DNA from: Ginsengibacter sp.
GTDB taxonomy: Bacteria > Bacteroidota > Bacteroidia > Chitinophagales > Chitinophagaceae
NCBI GenBank assembly: GCA_051960475.1
Contig: JBQCEG010000083.1
Coordinates: 51,472 to 115,471, forward strand
Reading direction: 5' to 3'
DNA length: 64,000 nt
A program made the position numbers and the translations under genes. Positions 27,707 to 37,420 of this stretch are shown here, piece by piece; position 1 is the stretch's first letter; each line of letters opens with the position of its first letter. The notes beneath the pieces are model-generated. The model was not told where the DNA came from. It saw only the letters and a list, made by a program, of their open reading frames with translations, and made no database searches.

Positions 27707-27994
27707 ATGCTTGAAATAATCGCGCTCATTTTTCTTACAAAAGAAATTGGAAGAATTGCAGAAAGAAAGGGATTAAAACCTTCAACATGGAAAATCTATC
27801 TTGTTGTTGCCTGGCTCTTTTCTGAAATTGTTGGATTGCTTGTGGGCGCGATGATCTTTTCGAGCGACAACATTATTTCCATCATGCTCATCGGCATCAC
27901 CTTTGCCATTACCAGCTACTTTATTATCAAAGGACAATTGAACAAATTGCCTGACCAAACGTTTGACGACGACATCAATAATTTTGGGCAATAG
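27707..27994 (+). CDS. small membrane protein, unknown function
   Basis: 95 aa with three predicted TM helices. Clean gap-filling ORF, no recognisable motif. Confidence 0.5.
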   Translation: MLEIIALIFLTKEIGRIAERKGLKPSTWKIYLVVAWLFSEIVGLLVGAMIFSSDNIISIMLIGITFAITSYFIIKGQLNKLPDQTFDDDINNFGQ

Positions 27995-28056
27995 ATAATT
28001 ATAATTGCCTGGCTTGTATTTATTACCCGGCACGGAGTATCAATTCCGGTTCATCG

Positions 28057-28064
28057 TAAATTTG
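28057..28064 (+). promoter_or_regulatory. -7 promoter box TAAATTTG
   Basis: TAnnTTTG match 34 nt upstream of ATG 28099. Confidence 0.4.
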
Positions 28065-28098
28065 TAATTCGTTTAATTTTTCATCCAAAAATTTTTAT

Positions 28099-28449
28099 AT
28101 GTCCGAATTAATAAATGAGTTTAATAATTACCGCGAAAAAATGAACGAAGTTATTTTAAGCAAAAATAATCTTGTCATGAAGCGGCTTTGGAACCTTGAT
28201 ACTAACACTTATGAAGATGGTGCACTCGACAAAAAAACAAAAGAAATGTTGGGACTTGTAGCGAGCATGGTTTTACGTTGCGACGATTGCATCAAATATC
28301 ATTTGGGCAAATCTTATGAATTGGGTGTAACCACCGAGCAGATGTATGAAATCTTTGCCGTTGCAAATATTGTTGGTGGAACGATTGTGATCCCACACAC
28401 ACGACGCGCTGCTGAATATTGGGAAGAGTTACAAAATCAGAAGGCTTAA
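28099..28449 (+). CDS. carboxymuconolactone decarboxylase (AhpD-like) family protein
   Basis: 116 aa. LRCDDCIKYH CxxC-type motif typical of CMD/AhpD-fold proteins. Confidence 0.75.
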   Translation: MSELINEFNNYREKMNEVILSKNNLVMKRLWNLDTNTYEDGALDKKTKEMLGLVASMVLRCDDCIKYHLGKSYELGVTTEQMYEIFAVANIVGGTIVIPHTRRAAEYWEELQNQKA

Positions 28450-28519
28450 ATAATAAAGAAAGATCGATTTAACAGAAGTGAATTTTCTTTAATTTTAAGG
28501 CATAAATGAATTCGTTAAC

Positions 28520-29230
28520 GTGCAGTTTTTGAGAAACATCTTTTTATCAAATGAAAAACGGAATTTCCGCAAGCAATTACGGAACGTCCTGGGTTTCTCT
28601 CCGCGCAAATTAGACCTTTACCAAATCGCACTAAGCCACCGCTCTGTTCGTGAAGGCTCTGACGAAAACAATGAACGCCTTGAATATTTGGGCGACGCGG
28701 TTATCAGCACGATCGTAGCTCATTATTTATTTATGCGCTATCCCTACAAAGACGAAGGTTTTCTCACAGAAATGCGAAGTAAGATGGTGAACAGGAACCA
28801 ACTGAACGAGATTGCCCTAAAGATCGGTTTGAAAAAAATTACACTCTACAATCATTTTGATCATTCGCTCAAAATCTCACAGATCTTTGGAAATACGCTT
28901 GAGGCGCTTGCCGGTGCCATTTATTTGGACAAAGGTTATGATCAAACCAGGAAATGGGTGTACGAAAGAATTATTACGCCTCATTTGTTTATGCAGGATC
29001 TTGAAAATCTTGACATCAACCAAAAGAATAAATTATACGGCTGGGCCAACAAAAACGGTAAGGTGCTTGAATTTGAAACGCTTGACGAAAGCATTGAAAA
29101 CGGGCGCCGTTTGTTTACGATCGGCGCAATGGTCGATGGCGTTTTGGTGGCCGAAGCCAAAGGTTTTAATAAAAAAGATGCCAGCCAGGTTGCAGCGCAA
29201 ATCGCAATTGAAAAATTACATTTATCATGA
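28520..29230 (+). CDS. rnc: ribonuclease III
   Basis: NERLEYLGDAV signature and a C-terminal dsRBD (KDASQVAAQIAIEKL). GTG 28520 or TTG 28532 start. Confidence 0.9.
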   Translation: MQFLRNIFLSNEKRNFRKQLRNVLGFSPRKLDLYQIALSHRSVREGSDENNERLEYLGDAVISTIVAHYLFMRYPYKDEGFLTEMRSKMVNRNQLNEIALKIGLKKITLYNHFDHSLKISQIFGNTLEALAGAIYLDKGYDQTRKWVYERIITPHLFMQDLENLDINQKNKLYGWANKNGKVLEFETLDESIENGRRLFTIGAMVDGVLVAEAKGFNKKDASQVAAQIAIEKLHLS

Positions 29231-30267
29231 AGTTTGGAATCATTGGCAGTGGGAGCTGGGGGACCGCGCTTGCAAAAATCTTAACCGACAATAAAAATGC
29301 AATAAATTGGTGGATAAGAAGTGACACCAACATCAGCAGTTTTAAAAGAAGAAGACACAATCCACATTATTTAAGCGGAACTTTTTTTGATATTGGCCTA
29401 ATCGATTTTTCAACGAATGCGGAAGAGGTGATCAATAAAAGCGATATCATTATTATCGTGATTCCATCTGCATTTTCGGCCGATATTTTAAAAAAATTGT
29501 CAAAAAACGCTTTTAAAGGAAAGAAGATAATTTCGGCAGTAAAAGGAGTTTTACCTGAAAAAAATATCCTGTTAAATGAGTTCCTGAAAGAGGAATTTGA
29601 TTTTCCCCTCAAAGATTATTTTACAGTTCTTGGTCCTTGCCATGCAGAAGAAGTGGCTGCAGAAAAATTGTCTTACCTGACATTTACCGGCATCGACGAA
29701 AAAACAACCAAAAAGATCTCTGGCTTTTTTAAAACTCCTTACCTCATTCCAGTTTGCAATTCAGATATTTTTGGCGTTCAATATGCAGCGGTTTTAAAAA
29801 ATGTGTATGCGATTGGCGCAGGCATTGCCCACGGACTTGAATACGGAGATAACTTTCTGAGCGTTCTTATTGCAAACAGCGCCGATGAGATGGCCGGATT
29901 TTTAAGAAAAAGCGGAATTGAGAATGTGGAAGTTGGTTCGATTGAACATCATGCAATTTTAAAAAAGCAAATTCCCCGAATCAATTACGCAGCGTCTGTT
30001 TATCTTGGCGATTTATTGGTAACGTGTTATTCATTGTACAGCAGGAACCGGACATTTGGCAACATGATTGGCAAAGGATATTCTGTGCAATCGGCGCAAC
30101 TAGAAATGAACATGGTGGCCGAAGGTTACAACGCCAGCAAATGCATGTTCCTGATCAATAAAAAAGTGAAAGCAGAAATGCCGATCGCAGAAACAATCTA
30201 TAAAATTTTATGGAATGAATTAGCGCCTGATGAAGGATTTGAACAAATAGAAAAAGAGCTGGTTTAA
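29227..30267 (+). CDS. gpsA: NAD(P)H-dependent glycerol-3-phosphate dehydrogenase
   Basis: MKFGIIGSGSWGTALAKIL dinucleotide fold. The start overlaps the rnc stop (ATGA). Confidence 0.88.
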   Translation: MKFGIIGSGSWGTALAKILTDNKNAINWWIRSDTNISSFKRRRHNPHYLSGTFFDIGLIDFSTNAEEVINKSDIIIIVIPSAFSADILKKLSKNAFKGKKIISAVKGVLPEKNILLNEFLKEEFDFPLKDYFTVLGPCHAEEVAAEKLSYLTFTGIDEKTTKKISGFFKTPYLIPVCNSDIFGVQYAAVLKNVYAIGAGIAHGLEYGDNFLSVLIANSADEMAGFLRKSGIENVEVGSIEHHAILKKQIPRINYAASVYLGDLLVTCYSLYSRNRTFGNMIGKGYSVQSAQLEMNMVAEGYNASKCMFLINKKVKAEMPIAETIYKILWNELAPDEGFEQIEKELV

Positions 30268-30300
30268 AGTTGTTTTAATAACCCCGATAAGCAGAATCCA

Positions 30301-31686
30301 TTGAAATTTTTAATCCTAATTTTCCTGTCAATATTTATCCTTTTTTCCTGCCGGAAAGATTCTTTTATTACCAGTGCCGATGCCAATTTAGCAACAAGTA
30401 GCGATACATTATCTTTTGATACAGTTTTCACTTCAGTAGGATCAGTTACGCAAGCTTTCAAAATTTTCAACAACAACGATCAGAAGTTGAAAATTTCTTC
30501 TGTAAAACTCGCCGGCGGAACGGCTTCTCCTTTCAAAATAAATGTAGATGGAATTGCTTCTTCCGAAGTAAACGATATCGAGATCAACAGAAACGACAGC
30601 ATTTATGTTTTTGTTCAGGTAAACGTAAATCCTTCCTCCGCAACACTCCCTTTTATTTTGCGAGACAGCATTGGCATTGCTTTTAATGGAAATCAAAAGT
30701 GGGTGCAGTTGCAGGCTTACGGGCAAAATGCAGTATTTCTGAAAGATAAAAAAATCACAGGGAATGTAACCTGGATCAAAACTTTGCCTTTTGTTATTTT
30801 AGGACAATTGCACATAGATACAAATGCAACGCTAAAAATTGAAGCGGGAACAAAAATTTACTTACACGCGGATGCGCCTTTGATTGTAGATGGAACTTTG
30901 AAGGCAACCGGAACAAAAGACGAGCCCGTAATTTTTTCCGGCGACCGGCTTGATGAAGATTATAAAGATTTGCCCGCATCATGGCCGGGAATTATTTTCA
31001 GGAACACATCAAAAAATGATTCTCTTACTCACGTAACTATAAAAAATGCTTACCAGGGAATTGTGGCAACAGGAATTCCTGGCAATTCAAATCCAAAAGT
31101 GAATCTTTCAAAATGTAGGTTTGATAATATTTATGACGCAGGAATTTTAGGCATAAATACTACTATTAATGCGGACAATTGTTTGATCAGTAATTGCGGA
31201 AATAATGTAAATCTGCAAGGCGGAAATTACCGGTTTATCAATTGTACAGTTGCTTCTTATGGGACTAACTTTATTGCGCACACTGAACCTGTTTTACAAT
31301 TGTTGAATTATTATTCAGATGCAGGATCTGCCCAAACTTTTATTATGAATGCCTTGTTTCAGAATTGCATTTTTTGGGGAGATGGAGGAACAGTTGAAGA
31401 TGAGATCGCAATTGACAAACAAGGTTCTTCTGCTTTTTCTGTCACTTTTGATCATGTTTTGTACAAGGCGAAGAATGCAATTCCAAATGCAGATTTTATT
31501 TCTTCCATAAAAAATGAATCGCCAATGTTTGACAGCATCGACGTTGTAAAAAATATTTTTGATTTCCACTTCCACAATCATCCTGAATCTCCGGCCGTTA
31601 ATTCAGGAACAACTACATCTTTTCCTTCAGATCTAGATGACAAATCAAGGGATTCCAGTCCTGATATTGGTTGTTATGAAAGATAA
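30301..31686 (+). CDS. lipoprotein with Ig-like (DUF1573/ASH-type) N-domain and right-handed parallel beta-helix
   Basis: TTG start, lipobox ILFSC. LSFDTVFTSVGSVTQAFKIFNNNDQKLKISSVKL Ig-like segment, repetitive N/G/I-rich beta-helix turns, C-terminal SPDIGCYE. Confidence 0.55.
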   Translation: MKFLILIFLSIFILFSCRKDSFITSADANLATSSDTLSFDTVFTSVGSVTQAFKIFNNNDQKLKISSVKLAGGTASPFKINVDGIASSEVNDIEINRNDSIYVFVQVNVNPSSATLPFILRDSIGIAFNGNQKWVQLQAYGQNAVFLKDKKITGNVTWIKTLPFVILGQLHIDTNATLKIEAGTKIYLHADAPLIVDGTLKATGTKDEPVIFSGDRLDEDYKDLPASWPGIIFRNTSKNDSLTHVTIKNAYQGIVATGIPGNSNPKVNLSKCRFDNIYDAGILGINTTINADNCLISNCGNNVNLQGGNYRFINCTVASYGTNFIAHTEPVLQLLNYYSDAGSAQTFIMNALFQNCIFWGDGGTVEDEIAIDKQGSSAFSVTFDHVLYKAKNAIPNADFISSIKNESPMFDSIDVVKNIFDFHFHNHPESPAVNSGTTTSFPSDLDDKSRDSSPDIGCYER

Positions 31687-31824
31687 TTTTGAGGAAGAAA
31701 AATTTGTTGAATTTGTTCGTTTACCAGAAAACGTTTCCCCAATAACTTTTCTCAAAGCCTTTCTCTAACTGCATTTGATCAAATTTTACCAACTATTTTT
31801 GAGTATTAAAATGAAAAAATGTAA

Positions 31825-31843
31825 AGTAAATTCTGAATTTACT
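31825..31843 (-). terminator. possible terminator hairpin for the HAD gene
   Basis: AGTAAATT-CTG-AATTTACT perfect 8-bp stem. On the minus strand it is followed by a T-rich run. AT-only stem, so weak. Confidence 0.3.
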
Positions 31844-31891
31844 GATAAAAATAAAATCTTTAAAATTCATTCGTTGACTATCGCAAACTGC

Positions 31892-32596
31892 TTAAAAATT
31901 ATAATCGTCAATGATCATATCCGCAATTGAAAGCTCTTCTTTTGTTTGCGTTGTTGCAACGGCTATCACCTTCATTCCTGCTGCTTTTGCTGCTTTTATT
32001 CCTACCACCGCATCTTCAAAAACAAGACAATTTTTAGGTGGAACATTAAGCAGTGAAGCAACTTTTAAATAAATTTCAGGATCCGGTTTTCCTTTTGTTA
32101 TGTGTGATGAGTTGACTATCTCCTTAAAAAACTGCCGGATTGGAACTTTTTCAAACATGAAATCTATATTGGGCTGGATTCCTGATGTAGCAATTGCCAT
32201 CGGAATATTATTATCCTGCAAAACTTCCAGGAAATTGATAAGACCGGAAATCGGTTTAATAAATGGTTTGTACAGTTCCCGGTACAAAGCTTCTTTCTCA
32301 AGCGTATATTTCAGGATTTCCTCATCGGTTACATCTTTTCCATAAATATAACGGATTACGTCACTGTTGGTTCTTCCGTTCACTTTTGTGTTGTATTCTT
32401 TTTCAGAAATAGAACGGCCAATATTTTTCAAATACTGCAACCAGCTTTTTAAATGATAAGAATTATTGTCGAGCAAAGTGCCATCAAGATCAAAAATTAC
32501 TGCCTTTGTTTCAAATCGCTCGAGTAACTTTTCTACGCGTTTTTCAAGTGTTTCAGCGGATTTTTTCATCAAATTTTCATTTTTTAAAGAAGACAA
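31892..32596 (-). CDS. HAD-superfamily hydrolase (beta-phosphoglucomutase-like subfamily IA)
   Basis: AVIFDLDGTLLDN (DxDGT motif I), a TSG motif II region, and KGKPDPEIY with FEDAVVG motifs III/IV. Confidence 0.85.
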   Translation of the reverse strand: MSSLKNENLMKKSAETLEKRVEKLLERFETKAVIFDLDGTLLDNNSYHLKSWLQYLKNIGRSISEKEYNTKVNGRTNSDVIRYIYGKDVTDEEILKYTLEKEALYRELYKPFIKPISGLINFLEVLQDNNIPMAIATSGIQPNIDFMFEKVPIRQFFKEIVNSSHITKGKPDPEIYLKVASLLNVPPKNCLVFEDAVVGIKAAKAAGMKVIAVATTQTKEELSIADMIIDDYNF

Positions 32597-32666
32597 AGTA
32601 CGGTTAAATTGTCACTGAATATTTACTATTACAATTTTTTTCAATGATTACCTTTATAAAAAAATT

Positions 32667-33260
32667 ATGAAAAAGATCTTTTGGACCGTAATTCCATTTT
32701 TCCTGTTGTCTTTTGCAATACCCGCTACTACTTCTTCTCTTAAAAAAGCAAATTCAATTTATGATTTTAAAGTTCCCGCACTTCTTGGTGGAACCATAGA
32801 TTTTTCTCAATTCAAAGGAAAAGTTTTGCTGGTAGTAAACACTGCTTCAAAATGTGGTAATACTCCTCAGTATGACGATCTGGAAAATTTATATAAAAAA
32901 TACAAAGACAAATTGGTGATCGTTGGTTTCCCGGCAAATAATTTTGGCGGACAGGAACCTGGCACCAACACTGAGATCGCAGAGTTTTGTAAGAAAAATT
33001 ATGGAGTCACATTTCCAATGGCTGCCAAAGTTTCTGTAAAAGGAAATGATATTGCGCCTATTTACAAATACATCGTTGCGCTTGCAGAAAAAAATGGATT
33101 CGAGGACCCGATCAAATGGAACTTTACCAAATTTCTTTTTGACCAGAATGGAAAATTAGTAACCGTTTTCTTCAACAGTCACAGGTTAATTCCTAATAAT
33201 CCTGATCCAAGTGCCAAAAAAGATTACTTGACTTTATTAAAATATTTACGCGCTTCTTAA
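32667..33260 (+). CDS. glutathione peroxidase (Cys-type), secreted
   Basis: Signal peptide. VVNTASKCGNTPQY (peroxidatic Cys), FPANNFGGQEPG and WNFTKFL motifs. Confidence 0.9.
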   Translation: MKKIFWTVIPFFLLSFAIPATTSSLKKANSIYDFKVPALLGGTIDFSQFKGKVLLVVNTASKCGNTPQYDDLENLYKKYKDKLVIVGFPANNFGGQEPGTNTEIAEFCKKNYGVTFPMAAKVSVKGNDIAPIYKYIVALAEKNGFEDPIKWNFTKFLFDQNGKLVTVFFNSHRLIPNNPDPSAKKDYLTLLKYLRAS

Positions 33261-33341
33261 TGCTTGATTTTTTCCTTCAATTTTATAAATAAAAGTTTAC
33301 ATTGCTTTTGTCAGAAACCTTATGTTCTGATCTTTCTATTT

Positions 33342-34577
33342 ATGCAGTTTGAAAAAATAATCGCTCAGCAAGAAATAAAAAATAAATTAAAAGAGCTGGT
33401 TCAACAAAACCGGCTTTCACATGCATTATTGTTTTTGGGTAAAGAGGGAAGTGGTGCGCTTCCTTTGGCAATTGCATTTGCACAATACATTCTTTGTGAA
33501 AGAGTAGCCGGAAATTCAGGAGGAAAAACCGGCCCTTCGCTTTTTGGAGAAGAAGCTGAATCGGTCTCACAAGATTTATTAGAAGATAGTTGCGGCGAAT
33601 GTCCTTCGTGTCTTAAAGTTAGCAAGCTTGTCCATGCAGATTTACATTTTTCTTATCCTTCCCTCAAGCGAAACACCCGCCACGACAGGGTTTTAAGCAC
33701 CGATTACCTCGTGGATTGGCGTGAATTTGTTCAACAATTTCCTTATGGAAATGTCACAGATTGGATCGATTTTTTGAAAGAAAGTCCCAATGCAAAGATT
33801 GAAAGCGCCGTGAATAAACAAGGAAATATTTCTGCGCAGGAATGTGATGATATTACACGGAAATTAAGCCTGAAGGCATTTGAGAGCGAATACAAAATAA
33901 TGATCATGTGGATGCCGGAATATTTGGGCAAAGAAGGAAACAAACTTTTGAAATTAATAGAAGAGCCACCGCCAAATACGATTTTTATTTTCGTTGCGGA
34001 AGATGAAAATGCGATTTTACCAACGATCCTATCGAGAACTCAGTTGGTAAAAATTCCTTCTCTTACAGATGAAGAAATTAAGAATGCGCTTATTGATCAA
34101 AATGTGGAACCAGAAAAAGCCATTCAAATTGCTGCGCTCGCAGAAGGAAATTACAGGGAAGCGCTACAATTACTGAATAATCCTGAAGAAGACCTGCAAG
34201 CGCAGGTTAGAGATTGGTTGAATATCATTATCAAAAATAAAGTGTCCGCCCAATTAAGCTGGGTAGAAGAGATCGGCAGAACAGGCAGGGAAAAACAAAA
34301 AAGCTTTTTGAGGTATTTTGTTCATTTACTGGAACAGTCAATTCGTTCTGCTTTCTTACCCGAGGAAGTTTTGGAAAAAATTCCGGCCAAAGACCGGGAT
34401 TTCTCGGCAAGACTAAACAAAATTTGCTCTGTTGAAGCGCAACAATCAATCGTGGAGGAGTTGGAAAGGGCTATCTATTACATTGAACGAAATGCACATG
34501 CGAAAATGTTATTTCATTCACTTACAATTCGCTTTTTTCACATAATTAAAGATAATTTGCTAATTTTGGTTAATTGA
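33342..34577 (+). CDS. holB: DNA polymerase III delta-prime subunit
   Basis: The track ORF starts at 33264. ATG 33342 gives MQFEKIIAQQEIKNKLKELVQQNRLSHALLFLGKEGSG (typical HolB start). CGECPSC zinc module, IILTRTQ-like SRTQ. Confidence 0.85.
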   Translation: MQFEKIIAQQEIKNKLKELVQQNRLSHALLFLGKEGSGALPLAIAFAQYILCERVAGNSGGKTGPSLFGEEAESVSQDLLEDSCGECPSCLKVSKLVHADLHFSYPSLKRNTRHDRVLSTDYLVDWREFVQQFPYGNVTDWIDFLKESPNAKIESAVNKQGNISAQECDDITRKLSLKAFESEYKIMIMWMPEYLGKEGNKLLKLIEEPPPNTIFIFVAEDENAILPTILSRTQLVKIPSLTDEEIKNALIDQNVEPEKAIQIAALAEGNYREALQLLNNPEEDLQAQVRDWLNIIIKNKVSAQLSWVEEIGRTGREKQKSFLRYFVHLLEQSIRSAFLPEEVLEKIPAKDRDFSARLNKICSVEAQQSIVEELERAIYYIERNAHAKMLFHSLTIRFFHIIKDNLLILVN

Positions 34578-34774
34578 TTAACTGATTCATTCAGGTGCTT
34601 TTTGAAACGAGTTCTTTAAATGTTCGATGATCATTTCGTCAATATAACTTATTATTATTGAAGATTTTATAAATTATCGCTGTTTCAATTTATCCTTGTT
34701 TCTTTTATTTGACCCACATTCATTGCCTCTGATTTGAATCCATTTCTGTAACTAATTTTTTTTAATATTTTATA

Positions 34775-36052
34775 ATGGGATGTACGACTTGTGGAACCGG
34801 TAAACCTAATGGTTGCAAAAGCAACGGTGGTTGCAGCACAGGAGGATGTAACCGGTTAAATGCATATGATTGGCTTTCTAATTTACCAATGGACGATGTG
34901 GAAAGTTCATGTAAAATTGTAGAAGTAAGTTTCAACCAGGGAAGCCGGGTTGATTTTTATAAGAATAATACGGTTCACCATTTTACAAATGGCGATATTA
35001 TCGCTGTTGAAGGAATTAGTGGATTTGATGTGGGCACAGTGAATCTAACCGGCGAATTGGTAAGAATCCAATTGAAGAAGAAAAGGATTGATGAGAAAAC
35101 GGCAGAATTTAAGAGGGTCCTCCGTTTGGCAACCGACAATGATATTTCTAAATGGAAGGAAACTAAAGCACGGGAAAGGGAAGTTCTGGTAAGAAGCCGT
35201 GCAATTGCAAGGCAATTGAAACTTGATTTGAAGATGACAGAGGTCGAGATCCAGGCAGACGCAAGAAAAGCCACATTTTTTTATATCGCCGATGAAAGAG
35301 TTGATTTTCGTGAATTGATTCGTCTTTACGCAAATGAATTCAAAGTAAAAGTAGAGATGAAACAAATTGGCGCCCGCCAGGAAGCCGGAAAAATTGGAGG
35401 AATCGGAAGCTGTGGCCGGGAACTTTGTTGCAGCACATGGCTTACAGATTTTAAAAGCGTTAATACAAATGCTGCTCGTTATCAGAATCTTAGTATAAAT
35501 CAAACTAAATTAAGTGGACAGTGTGGCCGTCTAAAATGTTGTTTGAATTATGAACTTGACACTTATTTGGATGCCCTACAATTCTTCCCAGATGATGCAG
35601 ATGTGATAGAAGTTGCGAAAGGACGTGCATTCCTGGTTAAGAAAGATATTTTCCGCAACCTGATGTGGTATTCAATGGCTGACAGTACTAAACATTATCC
35701 GCTTTCTATTGATACAGTAAAAAAAATTAAGCAACAAAACCTCGACGGAATAAAACCGGACGCGCTTGAGACTGTTGAAATAATAAGTGAAAAACCTATA
35801 GACGTGGAACCGGAATTTGTAGATGTTGTTGGACAAATAAGTTTAAAAACGCTTGAAAAGAACAGCCGCAAGAGAAAATCAGGAGACAGGAACAATCTAC
35901 AGAACAAAAACCGCCAAAAGGGAAAACCGCAACAGAAATCTCACCAAAATCAGCAACAAAATAATAATAAGCAGCGGCAGCAAGGCAACCGAAACAACCG
36001 CAACAGGAATAATCCAAAGAAAGGAGGTGGTGGTTCTAGCAAGGAAAAATAA
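34775..36052 (+). CDS. PSP1 domain protein (RicT/YaaT homolog)
   Basis: PSP1 core DFRELIRLYANEFKVKVEMKQIGARQEA...CGRELCC...CGRLKCCLNYE. Cys-rich N-terminus CTTCGTGKPNGCKSNGGCSTGGC. Q/N/R/K-rich C-terminal tail. Confidence 0.85.
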   Translation: MGCTTCGTGKPNGCKSNGGCSTGGCNRLNAYDWLSNLPMDDVESSCKIVEVSFNQGSRVDFYKNNTVHHFTNGDIIAVEGISGFDVGTVNLTGELVRIQLKKKRIDEKTAEFKRVLRLATDNDISKWKETKAREREVLVRSRAIARQLKLDLKMTEVEIQADARKATFFYIADERVDFRELIRLYANEFKVKVEMKQIGARQEAGKIGGIGSCGRELCCSTWLTDFKSVNTNAARYQNLSINQTKLSGQCGRLKCCLNYELDTYLDALQFFPDDADVIEVAKGRAFLVKKDIFRNLMWYSMADSTKHYPLSIDTVKKIKQQNLDGIKPDALETVEIISEKPIDVEPEFVDVVGQISLKTLEKNSRKRKSGDRNNLQNKNRQKGKPQQKSHQNQQQNNNKQRQQGNRNNRNRNNPKKGGGGSSKEK

Positions 36053-36079
36053 AAAAGAAAGGAATTTATTGGCTTACTG

Positions 36080-36652
36080 TCAGCTGTAATATTGCTGATT
36101 CTCTATTTCCTCTTTCACAATATCCGGAACCAAAAAACGGATTGATTTCCTTTCTTTTATCATTTTGCGAATTTCAGTACTTGAGATTTCAAGTAACGGA
36201 GCCTTCAATAAAATTCGTCTTTCATTCAACATTTCCGGTTTTACATTAAATCCTGGTCGTTTATAGATGTAAAAAGAATAATTTTTTAACAGGAAATCAG
36301 CGTTTTTCCATTTATCAACATTCTGAAAACTATCGCTTCCCAGAATAATTGAAAAATTATTTTGAGGGAACTTTTCTTTCAGGTAAAGAAGTGTTTCAAC
36401 TGTATAAGAAGGGTTCGGAAGCTTAAATTCAATGTTTGATGAACGTAATTTCTTTTCACCTTCAATCGCCAAATCAATCAAATGTTTCCTGTGATGCTCA
36501 CTAATTAATGAAGACCTTTTTTTAAAAGGACTGTGTGGTGAAACAACGAACCAAACACGATCTAAATTAGTATAGTTGGCAATATAGTTGGCAATGATAA
36601 GATGTCCATTATGAACAGGGTTAAAGGAGCCGAAGTACAATCCAATATTCAT
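36080..36652 (-). CDS. nadD: nicotinate-nucleotide adenylyltransferase
   Basis: YFGSFNPVHNGHL (HxGH motif) and ISSTEIR. 190 aa. Confidence 0.9.
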   Translation of the reverse strand: MNIGLYFGSFNPVHNGHLIIANYIANYTNLDRVWFVVSPHSPFKKRSSLISEHHRKHLIDLAIEGEKKLRSSNIEFKLPNPSYTVETLLYLKEKFPQNNFSIILGSDSFQNVDKWKNADFLLKNYSFYIYKRPGFNVKPEMLNERRILLKAPLLEISSTEIRKMIKERKSIRFLVPDIVKEEIENQQYYS

Positions 36653-36660
36653 TCTATAAT

Positions 36661-36927
36661 TCAGGAATTTATAAGATCTACAAAAATTTGTTCTGCCTCA
36701 TCGAGGCGAAGACTAAGAGAATAACCGGAAACCAGGATATAAATGGGATCGCCTAGTGGCGCTTTTTTCCAAACTGTTATCTCTTCTTCGGGCAGGCAAC
36801 CCATCTCCATCAGCTTTAGCACAATTTCATGATTTTCAAATGACTTAATCTTTACTTTTGTACCCGTTTTCACTTCTGATAATTTCATTTGCTGGAATAT
36901 TTCATCATCTGATTTGTCAAATTTCAT
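36661..36927 (-). CDS. FeoA-domain small protein
   Basis: KLSEVKTGTKVKIKSF...LKLMEMGCLPEEEITVWKKAPLGDPIYI matches the FeoA SH3-like domain. The internal Met at 36888 (MKLSEV) is an equally plausible start. Confidence 0.7.
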   Translation of the reverse strand: MKFDKSDDEIFQQMKLSEVKTGTKVKIKSFENHEIVLKLMEMGCLPEEEITVWKKAPLGDPIYILVSGYSLSLRLDEAEQIFVDLINS

Positions 36928-36932
36928 TCATT

Positions 36933-37352
36933 TTGGGCACAATTTCTTTCAATAACCATAATATTAAATTCAATTTAAGAGAGAAGCTCTACCTGAAAAC
37001 TTTTCTTTCAAGAGTTTTCGCTGAAGAAGGGGTTCCCTTTAAATCCGTTTCTTATATTTTTTGTTCTGACGAATTTCTATTGAAACTAAACAGAGAATAT
37101 CTAAATCACGACACCTACACCGACATCATAACCTTTACACTTTCTAATACTCCATTAGATATCGTCTCTGAGATCTACATAAGTATTGACAGGGTACGGG
37201 AAAACTCAGAAAAACTAAAAGTGACCTTTGAAAATGAGTTAGCCCGTGTAATGATTCACGGAATTCTTCATTTATGTGGTTACAAAGACAAGACAAAGGA
37301 CCAAAAATCAATAATTCGTGGAAAAGAAGATCATTATTTATCTCTAATGTAG
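36933..37352 (+). CDS. ybeY: rRNA maturation endoribonuclease YbeY
   Basis: VMIHGILHLCGYKD zinc-binding HxxxHxxxxxH motif. The track start ATG 36858 would overlap divergent feoA, so in-frame TTG 36933 (MGTISFNNHNIKF) is preferred. Confidence 0.8.
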   Translation: MGTISFNNHNIKFNLREKLYLKTFLSRVFAEEGVPFKSVSYIFCSDEFLLKLNREYLNHDTYTDIITFTLSNTPLDIVSEIYISIDRVRENSEKLKVTFENELARVMIHGILHLCGYKDKTKDQKSIIRGKEDHYLSLM

Positions 37353-37353
37353 G

Positions 37354-37420
37354 GTTTCACGTGGAACACCATCTCAAGTTGCACCAGGTTTACTTGTTTC
37401 ACTTTTGTTTCACGTGGAAC
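37354..37420. repeat. two exact copies of the 14-mer GTTTCACGTGGAAC (imperfect palindrome around CACGTG)
   Basis: Copies at 37354..37367 and 37407..37420, with extra GTTTCAC at 37396..37402 and TTTTCAC at 37422..37428. All lie in the 105-bp ybeY-mnmG spacer. Confidence 0.85.

Noticed and set aside
31811-31930. 39-codon ORF MKKCKVNSEFTDKNKIFKIHSLTIANCLKIIIVNDHIRN in the convergent gap after the beta-helix lipoprotein gene.
   Set aside because: Its 3' third overlaps the HAD gene on the opposite strand and it contains the terminator-like hairpin. It has no motif and an AT-driven composition.
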